A DNA stretch of 64,000 nt from Marsupella aquatica (lineage: Eukaryota > Plantae > Marchantiophyta), in assembly GCA_973895155.1 (NCBI GenBank), contig OZ316894.1:18202705-18266704 (forward strand), written 5' to 3'. The position numbers and the translations under genes were made by a program. Below are positions 36,594-52,800 of this stretch, piece after piece. Each line of letters starts with the position of its first letter. Position 1 is the first letter of the stretch. Below the pieces are notes generated by a model. The model searched no databases. It was not told the origin of the DNA and saw only the letters and a program-made list of their open reading frames with translations.

Positions 36594-37100
36594 GTCTTCC
36601 TCTGTGCTTGCGAAACCTGGAATACCGTAGTTTACAAAGAATCCAGGATCGTGCCTCGCGACTCGGACACAATTGTCATCAGCCTGGTTTGAGGTATTTG
36701 TTTGATGGACCCTCAAAATGAAACTTGTTACTTGATCGACCCCCCGAAGTCTATCAATGGTCCAGATCTGAGATCGAAAGGTCCATCAACTATCCAGATT
36801 AGGGAAAAATATCGAGGGAGGGGTCTACTAAGCATATCTCTCGCCTGGTTTAGATCAGAGTTTAGGGTCCGTGGCCCTGTGAGCCGTGACGAGAAAGAAG
36901 GACAGGGAGAACGAGGTTCTACCCGAAAATGCTAAAGCTTACAAAGGCGTTCAGTCTTGACTTGATGGAAACATTGGAACGCGCCGGGGCCGTGAGATTG
37001 AAACAAGAGTCGGAGTTGGAGGTTTTCAGACAAATGGTGGCATGGCAGCAGCTTGACAGGGAGCGACTAGAACCGGGATTCCCACACGACATTGGTCGAA
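36594..37100 (+). pseudogene. Partial duplicate of ULP1 exon 1 (copy of ~37738-38069) placed upstream of the gene
   Basis: Near-identical to 37738-38069 (GTCTTCCTCTGTGCTTGCGAAACCTGG...ATTGGTCGAA), with small frameshifting indels and a 152-bp insertion. Confidence 0.92.
36691..36842. mobile_element. 152-bp MITE with 9-bp TSD (Mutator-like)
   Basis: GCCTGGTTT at 36682-36690 and 36843-36851; the parental exon has a single copy. Ends are imperfectly inverted: GAGGTATTTGTTTGATGGACCCTC versus reverse complement GAGAGATATGCTTAGTAGACCCCTC. Confidence 0.8.
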
Positions 37101-37372
37101 TGAAAGCTTGCATGCGTACTACTCACATGGTTGTCGTGGACCACATTTCGTTTCTAGCTCACTGACTCATGACGATCTCCGGATTCCCCTTTCCAGATTG
37201 GAAGCTCAAGGCGGAATCACTTTTGTAGCTTCGAATTTGAAAGCGCTACAAGATGCTGAGGAGTGAGACTCGTGCTCCGCGGAGTAGCGTCTCAGAAAGT
37301 CTTTACAGTGGTTCTCGCAGATTTGTTTGAGGAATCTTGGAGGCAGAAAGCGATTTGTCTTCTAGGGTTTAG

Positions 37373-40870
<3,498 letters not shown>

Positions 40871-41411
40871 TTCTTCACAGCAGCTGGACAGTAGTCTCAA
40901 GTCTCTCATGGCAAATCTCAACGGTAAGTGGTTTCCTTTATCTTCATTGACAGACAGAAGGACCCAATTCGCTTAGATACAGGATTGATCCGTATGAATG
41001 CTCGGAAAGCAAACGTCTATTTTCCTGTCAGGATGTTTATAATGCTAACTTATATTGTCCATGTCAATATTTACTTAATAGTAGGTCAGGGCTCTTTCGG
41101 TTATTCTTGAGTTTATGGACATTGCACAAGACTAGTTTGTGGTTTTGTTTAATTTATCTGATCCTCTTGTAGCATTTCCAATGGAGATGCGTCAACGGTC
41201 AATGGTCATGAGGAGATGCGTCAACGGTCAATGGTCATGAGGAGATGCGTGGAAAGATTGTTTTAGGAAGGACGTTTGAAAAAGGGGTTCTTCAAGGCAA
41301 AAGAACTAGAATGTCATCGTAGTATTGTGCGAGTTGATGGATTTCCTTAATCGCTGTTTTCCTTCTGAAACGACGTGATTGGTGTTGTGCTCAAATAAAC
41401 AGGGAGAAAGA

Positions 41412-41545
41412 ATTATTGGGCATGCTACAGATGGGGCATTCTATATTCTTACCGGGATTATTGGGCATGCCTCAGATGGGGCATTCTATATTCTTACCGG
41501 AATTATTGGGCATGCTACAGATGGGGCATTCTATATTCTTACCGG
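41412..41545. repeat. 45-bp tandem repeat x3
   Basis: ATTATTGGGCATGC(TA/CT)CAGATGGGGCATTCTATATTCTTACCGG at 41412, 41457 and 41502. Confidence 0.95.
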
Positions 41546-41999
41546 ACGTTGCAGCCCACGAGAGACATAAGGACTACTCATCTTTCTGGTCATTTTAATA
41601 GAATGACGGATTGTAAAACAAGGAATTTTTTTTTATTTGAACAGGGTCGGATCTCTGATAGGACATGGACAAAGAGTGCATAAAGCGGCAAACTACCCGA
41701 GCACATGCTGGGTGAACGGAAACAGTGAGAAAGTCGTTGTGCAGAGTTATCATCAAAGTACCACACAGGTTGAGTGAATTCCTTTTGTTATGTAATGTAG
41801 TCAATATCTCCCAAGTTGCGCTCTTGAGATCTGATCTAATTGTTTTTTCAGTAGAAATATTCTTGGAACACCAACGCACCAACTGTGTAAGAAAATTTGT
41901 AAAAGCTCTTTTTAGTAATGTGGAAGCTCACAAAAATTTATTACCGATGCAGCTTGGATTGCCTTCAGACTACATGATTTAGACGGTACAAATCTCTTG

Positions 42000-43620
42000 T
42001 ATAGTATGTCGTTCACATGAAAGCCTACTTTTAGAATTGGTCAGGGGAGTTCTTGTAATGTGTAATGTAAAGGTAAAAGCGTCCAATGAGATCGCTCCCC
42101 TTTTTCTGTAGGTTCTGTAGAGGACAACGATCCTGTCCTGCCCGATATCAACCCCCAGTGTAAATGCATTCTTGGGTTTTGTACTTTGAAATCATTTGGT
42201 ACCTTTTCGTTTGGCTTATGTCCACTGAAAAGAGGAAATATTTCCATGTTCATGGAAAACAGGGACATTTTCGGGAGCTACCTTTGAACGCGTATTCTGA
42301 ATAGGTAAACTCAATTGACAAATCCAATCAATACCTTGTTTACAGACTTTTGTCCAAGGGCAGTGGATGAGCTTTTCAGCACAACCACAATTTTGTGGCC
42401 TTTTCCTCACCAGCTCCTTTACCTGAGTTAACCGAGACAATGAAATCCTTCTAAACCCGCGACTGAGCACGAAATTACCTCCTGTCACCCTGTAATCAGT
42501 GAAAAATTGTTCCATGGACTCTTCCCATCAGATTCATAGGCCAGCACTCTTGTAGAATTCTCTCAGGTTGCCCTCCTCGAAAATTTAGAAGAGGGAAATT
42601 GCTACCGGCATCCATGAGTTCTCGACAAAGCTCATTTGGAACTGATAGGTTTTGCCACTCCGTGAGGTCTGTTCGTATCACCTGTCAATGCACTAAAGCT
42701 TTCGAAATTTTCAATAAGATGGGTTCAAGTATAATCTCGATTTCTCCTGTTGATGAATGATGGCGCTTCGGAACTGATAGGTTTTCCACTCAGGGAGGTC
42801 TCTTCGTATCATCTGTGAATACACTAAAGCTTTCGACATTTTCAATAAAATGGGTTCAAGAATAATCGTGTAATCTCGATTTCTCCTGTTGATGGGGGAT
42901 GGCGTCCAGGAGAATGTAGAAAGGCAACCCGTTCATTATAATGAGCCAGAAGATCATGAAGACATTCTGAATTGTGGTTGTAGGAGTCTGGCCAAGTCAG
43001 CTCAGCAAGTAAGCCACCTTAGGCAGTTGGCATTATAGATCCTGACTTGCGTGGGTAAGAACTAGTGTGCTGCACAAAGCGAGACTTTCAGAAATTAAGG
43101 TTACTCGGGACCGAGAGTTCATCTTGGACAGCAGCATATTTTCCCTAAACTTCTCTAGCGTCAACACTTTACGCGGAACGATTCTCTGGAGCTTGTAATA
43201 AGAGCTTGTTCTGAATTCTTTCACCGTGTCCATGGGGGCCCTCCAAGATCAGTTGTTTAGGGCCTTGACAGATGGCATGAGGTCTCCGAAATCGATATTT
43301 CTTGAAGGTTACATTCATGGTCGTCAAACAAATTTGCACCCACCCCTGTTCTCATCCTAATTGTCAATCACCGAAAGCCACACGAGGGAGGAGGGTGGGG
43401 AGATCTACAAGTCACTCCAGGGCACGAAGGCATGGAAGGTGCAGAAGAAACAGAGGCTCCAGAGGCTAGAGCTATTTGCAGCCTCAGACAGAAAATCGGT
43501 TTCTACACCACAACAATAGACGAATCCATGGTGGGAGGTCCGTGGAGAGCAGGGCGTTGAGGAAGAGGAGAATCTGCCATGAACAGGGCCGGTCTTCTCC
43601 ACAACATTACTTTAAACGTG
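42000..43620 (-). pseudogene. Degenerate coding-like remnant of unknown family, with an internal ~130-bp duplication
   Basis: Series of protein-like minus-strand ORF fragments in shifting frames (42216-42515, 42496-42681, 43033-43233). Segment 42638-42755 is duplicated at 42770-42895. Family not recognised. Confidence 0.35.
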
Positions 43621-45639
43621 CCACTAGTTTTACCAAGAAAAATCCTCGAGCAATGTTAGACCGCACAACGTAGTAAACCGTCGTTCCACTCACTCAGCCG
43701 TCTCCTCGAGTGTGCCACTTCGTCGATCCCACGTTGCCTGCGTTTCCTCGAGCTTGCCAGTTCGTTGTTCCCACGTTGCACTGTTTTGGGACTGCAACCT
43801 TCTCGTGAGGGGCCAAGGAGAAGATCCTCACATTCTTAGAAGAACCCGCCATGTAGAAACTGGTCCACCAGAAAGGCCCCACTGGGAGTGCAGTTTCCAC
43901 AGCGATTGCCAGGAAGTAGAGGGAACAAATTTACTGGAAAAGGGTCACTCTGGACTTTTTGCTGATGACCCATTTCAGTAAGCGGAAAAAGTCCAGAGAG
44001 GACCCGAAGAAAACTGAAACAAAAAAGTGATACATTCTGTCATTTCTGTGTCTCACACAGAATGCTGATGACGATGACGGTACTAATTCTACAGGTACCA
44101 GTGTCTCAACGTCAATGCAACGACGATCGCCGCCACTCAGTCAGATTGCCTGATGAAGGGCTCAAACTCTGGAAGGCCCATTTCCCCATTGATTGAATTT
44201 TACACTTTCGCTTTCTTCATGGCTTGCGTGGGTCGTTGTGCTCCTTTTGACAGACAGACGGCGTGACGCTGATGGTTTGCTTTGCTGGTGCGTTGCATGA
44301 CCTTGACGTAGTCTGTTTCTTTAATGTTTCTAAGAAGTAGCTCATTGAGGTGGCACCTACGAATTCATGGTAGGAACGAGATGTCATTTCGGATCCTGTC
44401 TCCGAGTTTGGCCCTTTTTGTTCGTTGGCTCTTTCTGAGCTTTTGCATTTTGGCATTGTGACACTTTTTGTTCGTTGGCGCTTTTCGTTCTTGGCATTGT
44501 CACACGTAATAAATGTCACGTTTTACACAGCCACAGTTCCTCCCAAATTAGTATTAAATAGGATAAACTGCTAGCAGTCTGCTTTCCATTTCCCATATGG
44601 TTTAACTTAACTTGACTAGGTTGACATTTCATTGATCTGTGATGACCTGGTAGAGTCTCTTTCAATAACCCAAGTCCCTTAATCCACACCTGCCCATGTA
44701 AAAGGGTCCCTTTCTCTACCCGGCTAGTGTTCCAACAATGAATAGTAAAGCAGACCTAAAAAAAGTGAACCTCACCCCAAGACTCGTGCGCATTCTTCCA
44801 TTCATGGTGGAAATGCATTCTTCCATTCATAGAAATGACAGCTATGCCTTAGTCCTAGCTCTTATATGTGCAGTTGTGATGATTTAACCAACTGACCAAG
44901 TTTTTGTGTTGTGCCATAAAAATATTCGTTGGGGTCCGTTGAGAAACTGTTCCTTGATTGGGGTGGCAGTCTTGATGACTTGATGGGGTGCTCATGCTTG
45001 TATTCAGTGTGCTGCTCATGGCTGTTTTTACCATGGTGAGTATTTCGTCAAAGCATTTTGAAAGTTTACATGACATGATAAGGTAATTGTTTCCTAATGG
45101 ACCTCATCTTCAGCCTTGTGCCAAATTGGTTGAGAGTAGTGTCACACCAAACTTATGTGGTGATTGGGGTTTAAAGTTTCAAATTCATTTGATGGGTCAA
45201 AATACACTAGTATAATGTGTATGGTTAACAAAGCAGATTTAACACTTAAGGTCCCCTTCAAGTAAATTGAGTTTTTGGCTTCTTTCTTGTATCCTCTGCT
45301 GGCACTCCGTCAGTTTTTCAAGTATTTGTTCTTTCAACTATCTTAATTCCTTTTTCAAAAGTCTTTGTTATTTTTTCAACCTTCCTAATTCATGGGTTGT
45401 CAGTACACATTTATCGAGAACTCCCACTTAGCGCCAGTACGCTGTACAGTAAACAGCCGTCTGTAAATGTGAGTTAATTCAAGAGGGAAAAATCACACCA
45501 TCAATTGTTCTGTGGATTCTCTAGCACCTGAACCCTCTCAGAGCTGAGGACTCGGCGGTGGAGGAGCACTAGCAATTTAATGCTCGACCCTAAACTGGCT
45601 GAATTGGCACAGTCCGTTATACAGCACTCACAGTCACAC

Positions 45640-46085
45640 AGTCACACGAGCGTCTATTGATGGGTCCGCAGTCGATCAGTCCCTCGAAGCTCACAATTAC
45701 TTTCTTGTCCTATCCTAGATTAGTTTCCCTTAATACACATCAAAATGTCATAATATAGGGTGTGCAATCATTAATTAATTTAAAGGTAATAGCAAAATTT
45801 ATCATGGTATGGAGTTATGTTAATACACAATATATGTCATAATATTAATTTCTCTCGTGGGTCACATGAGCATCTATTGACGGGTCCGCCATCGATCAGT
45901 CCTCAACGCTAACAGTTAAGTTCTTGTCCTTTTGTGAGATGCCCTGATTAGTTTACTCTTAAGATTATTGCATATCACAATGTGATAATATATGTGTACA
46001 CTCATTTATTTAAAGAAAATAACACAATTATCATTATATGGACTTATGTCCTACACAATATATATGTCATATTAATATATTATTA
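45640..46085. repeat. Diverged ~220-bp direct duplication
   Basis: GTCACACGAGCGTCTATTGATGGGTCCGC...ATGTCATAATATTAA at ~45641 is repeated at ~45861. Confidence 0.85.
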
Positions 46086-48849
46086 GTTTTTCTCGTGGCA
46101 TCGTATCTCGTGATGACCGGGTATTGCTCGTTACCATTTGGATGTCGGCGGCGGGGTTCAATTAATTCACTCCGGATTTTTGGCGCGAGTTTCACCATAA
46201 AGAGGGGTTTCAACAGAACCTATCATCGCCGTCGAATTTACGAGGAAAGGTAAAAGGGAGCCAAGTCAGCCAACCGAACCGTGCGGACTCGATGTCCCAG
46301 TTCATATGGTGCGGGGAAACTCGCTCCATGAGTTCGAAACGCTTGCGTGCTCCCGCGCGAGATTACTTGCACGGTAGCACAGTGCAGTGCAAGACCAGAA
46401 TAGATCGGTGTTTCGACGTATGACACAGTTTCAATGCGTCTCTTGTCTCGTCGTTTTTCCTGGAAGGCCGTTTTCCCCCTTCTGCGAAGTTTACGTGTCA
46501 GTGAAGGTTTACTCGAAGCCACCCGTGTCGGCGGGGAATAAAACGTTAAACCCATCTTTCCAGGGAGGAGTCTTCGACGCCGTTGCATTCCCGAACACGT
46601 GACAACCACGTCGAGTGGATGTGGAGATAAAGACCCGGGCGAAAGACGACGCAAAGTCCCCGTATCTTTATCGAAAAGTCCCCCCTAGACCCCATGGGTG
46701 TGGTTCGTTTTGTTACCACGTATTAAGGAATGTCGTAGGACGAGACTTTCCGTGAGTACGTGTTGCGTTTTGCGTACTCTATACTGTCGTGTTCCTAATG
46801 AGTGCCGACTCCGCAGATACTCTCAGGCTTCAGGGCTGTCCCGGAGATTCTCCCGTCCAGACTGCCCATACGCATCATTTTTGCGAATGCCCTCCCGTCC
46901 GTCCGTCCGTCCAGTCAGGGGTGTTGTACCCGTGCTCCACCATCCATCCGTCACTGTCCCAAGTCCCAACTTGGCACCCTAGACTCTCCCTAGTGCAACG
47001 GGGTATGCTTTCCGTGGTACGCTCTATTGCCATTCGGTTTGAAAGTACTTAGGGGCGTTTTAAATACAATGAAGTTTTGCATGTGATCTCGTGCGGGAGT
47101 GTTGTGGCCTAGGGCAGCGGGAACGACTGGTCAAGCACTGAATGTGAGACCTTACCAGTCAAACCCAGGAGTCATGACCAAAATGGAGGACAAATTGCTA
47201 AGAGGATGACATTCAATTTCAGTGTGCTCATTGATTCATGTTGTCATTTCACAGACCCCTCTCAAATCTGAGAGCCCAAAATATCATTCCCCAGCTATAC
47301 CCAATTTTGGTGCGCTCGTGAATTGGGTTTTTTTCAATATTTAAGACATCCTACTATAGTGCCTGACAGCACAACTAGTTTGCCATGTAAGCATGGAGTG
47401 GATGAAGAGAGGCCAAATGTGTTTAGGATTTAGGATAACTAATGTCTGTGCAAATGGTTATTAGGTTGTAACCTTGCTTCCTAAATGTGAAATTATCAGG
47501 TTACAGTCTAGAACTTGATCTTGGTTATTGCACTCAAATTCTGTTAAAAAAATATATTAACCTACTGTATATTTGTGGACACTATATGATGAGAGTAGGA
47601 TTGACTAGAAATGGTTATTGACAGGTTCCATTTATTTCATACAGAATATACAAAAAATGAGGGAGATGGTGGGTGACGAAGGGGTCTTGGTACATGTTCT
47701 GCAAATTTTTGCAAAACATTTACACTAATTTGTAAAAGCATCAAGAAATGGAAACTGAAGTGGGGATGGATTGAAACTTTGTTTCATGAAGCCCAGTTGG
47801 ACTGCAAACTTGAATTGATAGCTACAATTGACTCAGATAACAATATTCACACTATTGATTAAACCATGACCCCTAAAAGGTATCCTTGTAGTTTGTAGCC
47901 TATTTCATTTACATTCCCTCGTGTCATGTAGCATAGGCCACCAATGATCAGGTGTGACTTGGTTTTTTAATATCAATCTCTGTTGAAACAGCATTAAGTG
48001 AAATTCTGATAAATAATATTTAACCAAATGATCTCAATATTTGGCCAAATTGTGCCACTAATTAAATATGTACTTTCAGTATGGAAGGTTCCAGTGTGTA
48101 ACCATTTTTGTAGGTAATTGTTATGTCCATAATCTCTTGACAGGAAACTCACGATTATTAGTAACTTTTTCTCAGACAATAATTATGTAGTGTAAAGGAG
48201 GTCTGGGTAAGGGCTCTAGCTTAAATACTATTGTCAGAAGGATTAGGATTTCCTAATTGTCAGAATTAATCATTAATTCCTAATTTTGACAATTAATCCT
48301 AATTGTCAGAAGCTTCAGCCTTCAATCAACTTTAATTCACTTTCTTTAATTCACTTTCTGGTACAATCTCCCATCAAATTTTTATTTACTTTCAGTTATT
48401 AGGATGATAGACTACAAGTAACCCAGCCCTTACCGCCGTTTTATCCTTCGACACCGTTCCTTCCTGTAATCCTGTATGCCTCGCGCAGTCACTCCTCTGC
48501 GTCCGCTGTACGTTCTGATACGGCGCCCGTTACCGGCATCCCGGCAACTGGGTAGGCTTCCAAGGACTGTACAGTAGTAGTAGGGTAGCGTATTGTAGAG
48601 TACAGTACTCGGTCACGTTTGTGCGAAGCAATACCGTAGGAAAGAGGGAGGGAGGGAAGCGAAGGGATGGATGGATGGAGGGAAGGAAGCGAGGAAAGAC
48701 GGGAGGAAGAGCGCACGCAAACGCGGGTGGGGGTCGGTTCCTTGATTCCTTCCCTTCCCCGGCTGCCCTCTTCTCCTCTTCGCCCCCCTCTCACGGTCCG
48801 TCCGTGTCCACGCGCTCCTCTCCTCGTCGCCCGTCGTCACTCGTCACCC

Positions 48850-48932
48850 TCCGTCGTCCCGTCGTCCCCGTCCTGTCCCGTCCCGTCCCGTCCCCGTCCC
48901 GTCCCGTCCCCGTCCCCGTCCCCGTCCCGTCC
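48850..48932. repeat. (CCCGT)n microsatellite upstream of ClpD, in the probable 5' UTR/promoter
   Basis: Direct reading of the sequence; GC-rich region about 0.9 kb before the ClpD ATG. Confidence 0.85.
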
Positions 48933-49825
48933 GGGCTTCTCGCGTAGAAGCAGTGCGCGCTGCTGCTGCTGCTTCATGTGTTCGTCGACGCTGGAGAAAA
49001 GGTTTGCTGAGGCAATTCGGGAATTGGGATTCAATTGGGAGTGTGAGAGAGAGAGAGTGAGGCGAGGAGACACAAGTCGGACGGAGAGTGGCCAGAAAGT
49101 CTCTCGATTGCGGTCCCTCTCGTGGCAGCGTGCATTGCAAGTAGGGTCTGGCGCTGTGGCGTGTGTCTCCTTGCGCTGCCGAAGTTCATATACGCTGAGC
49201 GATGAGCGGGTCAATAATCTCAGTTTCCAGTCCACCACGATAATAATATTGTGATTGTTGTTCCCTGGAGCGCGGCATCGGGTTCGAGGATCGTTTCCGT
49301 CCGCCGCTCGCTGTGGCTCAATTTTTTTGTAAGATAGGTTCGATTGCACGTTTTTGATCACTGGATTGCTGAAGGGGACTTTGTGGAGAGGGTGGTGTTG
49401 GGGGTTTGATTTCGTTCTACTAGACATCAGGGTCTCGTTGACGACCACCGGGTTTGGAGCGATTATTGCCTTATTTTCCATTGCGGACGACCCAACAAGG
49501 GTTCGTTCGATTGTTGCGGAATTCCGAAATTCAACCAATTAAATCAATTTGTCGACATTCTGCCCGCACTTGAGAGTGCGTGGCTTGTACAATTTTTAAA
49601 AGTTGTAAGCGAGGCGTGGTGTGTGAGAGATAGAGAGGGAGAGAACGATCTGTTGCCTGGTGACTCTCTCCACTCGCAACCTCAGTTCTTCGTCTGATTT
49701 GCGGATCTTTGGACAATTACAGTGCGATCAGACACGCCGGAGCCGGAGGGGGCGTGACGTCGTAGAGAGATATTTTCTCAATCGTTTTTCTGGGAAGGAA
49801 CTCTAGCAAGCAGTGGTCTGTCACG

Positions 49826-52800
49826 ATGGAGGTGATGGCGAGCTCTTTTGCCGTTCACCGGTCCATTTCTGCACCTCACTCTGCTATTCTGGCCGAGCGT
49901 CATCCAACCGTAGCTCGTGTAAATCCAATTCTCGCTAGGAAATCTGCTGCTCCTTCATTGGGAGTGTCCACTAGGGCTCTACGGTATAGTCACGAGGGCC
50001 TGAGGAAAAGTTCTGTCGTCGACGTATTGAGGCCCATCTCTCTCTCCGAGGGATTTGATGCGGCTGTGTCATCTAGCCTGAGCCCCAGTGTGGACAGCGA
50101 TGAGGTTCATGGAAGTGGAAGTAGAGCACCTGGGATGCCATTCGATGAGCCTCGAGGAAACCGAAGCCGTGGTGTAGTGTCTGCTGTTTTTGAACGGTTC
50201 ACCGAAAGGGCAATTAAATCGGTCATGTTGGCCCAACGAGAGGCGAAGGCTTTAGGAAAGGGAGAAGTTGGAACAGAACAGCTTCTATTGGGGCTAATTG
50301 CAGAGGACAGAGGTAGCGAGGGGTTTCTTCGAACGGGGGTAACAATTGAGAGAGCGAGGGAGGCGGTCCGAGGCCTTAGCGATGAAAGACTTGGGGGCTC
50401 TTTAAGTCCAGACAAGCCTGCAACTGAAGTTCCTTTCTCTCGGGGCAGCAAACGTGTATTTGAAGCGGCCTTGGAACACTCAAAGCAGATGGGGCACAAT
50501 TACATCGCTCCTGAACACATCGCCCTCGCTCTCTTGGCTGTAGACGATGGTGGCGCAAGCATGGTAATTGATAGGTACGGTAATCCGGTTCCCTCTACGT
50601 ACTGGTCGGTGCCATGTCCTTCCCTACTAGATTTTGGAGGTTTTTTGGGGGCTGATGTTGTAGGACTTGTTTACTTACTTCCCTGGTTCTGGTTGGTTGC
50701 CGTGCCTTCCTTTCTTAATCTCAAACCTTTGTATAGCTGTTACCTTTTCTTATGTGCGCCGTCAATGGACGTTACCGCTGCTTTGTCAGTTGAAATCGTC
50801 GTGAATAGATCTTCATGTGTGGCTGAATGAGTGTGGAAGTGGTGTTGGGTTGGTAGGCTTGTCGTGATTTTCAGCTGACGTTGACATGAAATCGAGTTTT
50901 CCTGTAAGATTCTGAAGCTTGGTTTGAATCATCCCTTGTGCAGATTGGGACTGAGTAAAGATAAGTTACACTCCGAGGCAGCTAACAGGCTGCAAGGGGA
51001 ACTAGCGAAGGAGGGGAGGGCAGCATCCTCATCTGTGGCCTTGCCCGCTAAGGCTGCCGCAGGAGCGACGACGTCCACGAAGGGATCCCGAAGTCGGAAA
51101 GGTCTCTATTTTACGCCATCCGAATTGTTTTTCGGTTGTTTTTATTTCCGGTTGGGAAGGCTGTGACTCTACGTGTTTTAATTCATCTTCTTCGCTGTTC
51201 ATTCTGATTTTAATCTTATGTCTCGGGATTGCAGATAAGGGTGCCTTGAATGATTTTTGCGTGGATCTCACTGCGCGTGCAAGTGAGGGGAAAATTGACC
51301 CTGTGATTGGGCGAGACAAGGAAGTGCAGAGAGTTGTTCAGATCCTTGCGAGAAGAACTAAGAACAATCCCATTCTCCTGGGAGAGCCGGGAGTGGGGAA
51401 GACTGCTATTGCCGAAGGCTTGGCTGTCCGAATTGCCTGCGGCAACGTGCCTGATTTTCTCATCGTGAGTATTTATTTTCTGCTGCATCTTTCCGTGGTT
51501 TCAGACTTTTGCTTGGCTTAGCTGTTATTCGGTCTTTCATTGTTGGATTGAAGTGTTTTCTGCTTTCGTGAACCGAGATTCGAGTTATTTGAGGTAAATT
51601 GTTGACTGGTCATTCTTTCGAAAATGCAGGGGAAGAGAGTGATGTCTTTAGATATGGGTTTACTTCTGGCGGGCGCGAAAGAGCGTGGTGAATTGGAAAC
51701 AAGGGTGACCGGCCTCGTGGAGGAAACTCGGACGGCAGGCAACGTTATTTTGATGATTGATGAGGTCCATACATTGGTCGGATCTGGTTCTGTAGGCAGG
51801 GGAGGTAGCAGTGGAGCTGGCCTGGATATCGCCAATCTTCTGAAACCTGCCTTGGCTAGAGGGCTGTTGCAGGTATGATTTTGATATCCTGACGATAGGA
51901 CTCTCGACCTAGATTCCGCACGGGATCGATTTGACTTTCTAGAATTTTCATGGAAATGCATCCAAAATCCATAGAAATCACCTGAAAACAGTTTCATGAC
52001 GACGACAGTCTTTCTTACGTGTCTCCTGTTCCTTTCGATTTGCAGTGCATCGGTGCAACAACTTTAGACGAGCACAGGAAGCACATTGAGAAAGACAAAG
52101 CTCTTGCTCGTCGCTTTCAACCGGTTATGGTGAATGAACCCAGCCAGGTAAGAACAAGAATGGTGACTTCTGTGTTACTTTTTTCTGTGTAGTGGGAATG
52201 GTAGGATTTTTGTTGGGGAATACTTGTCTCCTGAGGTAATTCCACCTTGTATGGTGTAATAAATACGGATCATACGGCTCGCATTGGGTGCTTTGGATCT
52301 TTGGAGCTTGAACTGTGAACCTGCTTTGAATGTTTGGTGCTTGCTTCTTTCATTGTATGAGTGTCATTGTCGGTAGGAATTGTAGTCTGCAAAGCTGAAG
52401 TGTTTCGCGTGATATATTTCACCAATGCAGGAGGACGCGATTGAGATACTCTTGGGGCTACGCAGCAAGTATGAAGAGTATCACAAGTGCAGGATTACTA
52501 AGGAGGCTGTAGAAGCTGCTGTGTACTTATCAGCGCGGTACATTGCTGATAGGTTCCTTCCAGACAAGGCCATAGATCTTCTGGATGAAGCTGGGAGTCT
52601 CGCCCGGATAAATGCTTTCAAAAGACGAAAGGAGCGACAGGTCGCCATTCTTAGCGAGTCTCCCAGCAGTTATTGGCAAGAAATCCGCAGTGTGCAGGCT
52701 GCTCAAGAAGCGGTGAGTTCTTTGATTCAAGGATCAAAGTGTGATTATTTCTTTTCAGTGTTTTCTCCATCCGACGACAATGTACAGTAGAACCCAAAAC

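Noticed and set aside
48489-49538. Overlapping ORFs of 100-230 aa upstream of ClpD
   Set aside because: They are produced by GC-rich microsatellite/UTR sequence and contain no recognisable domain.
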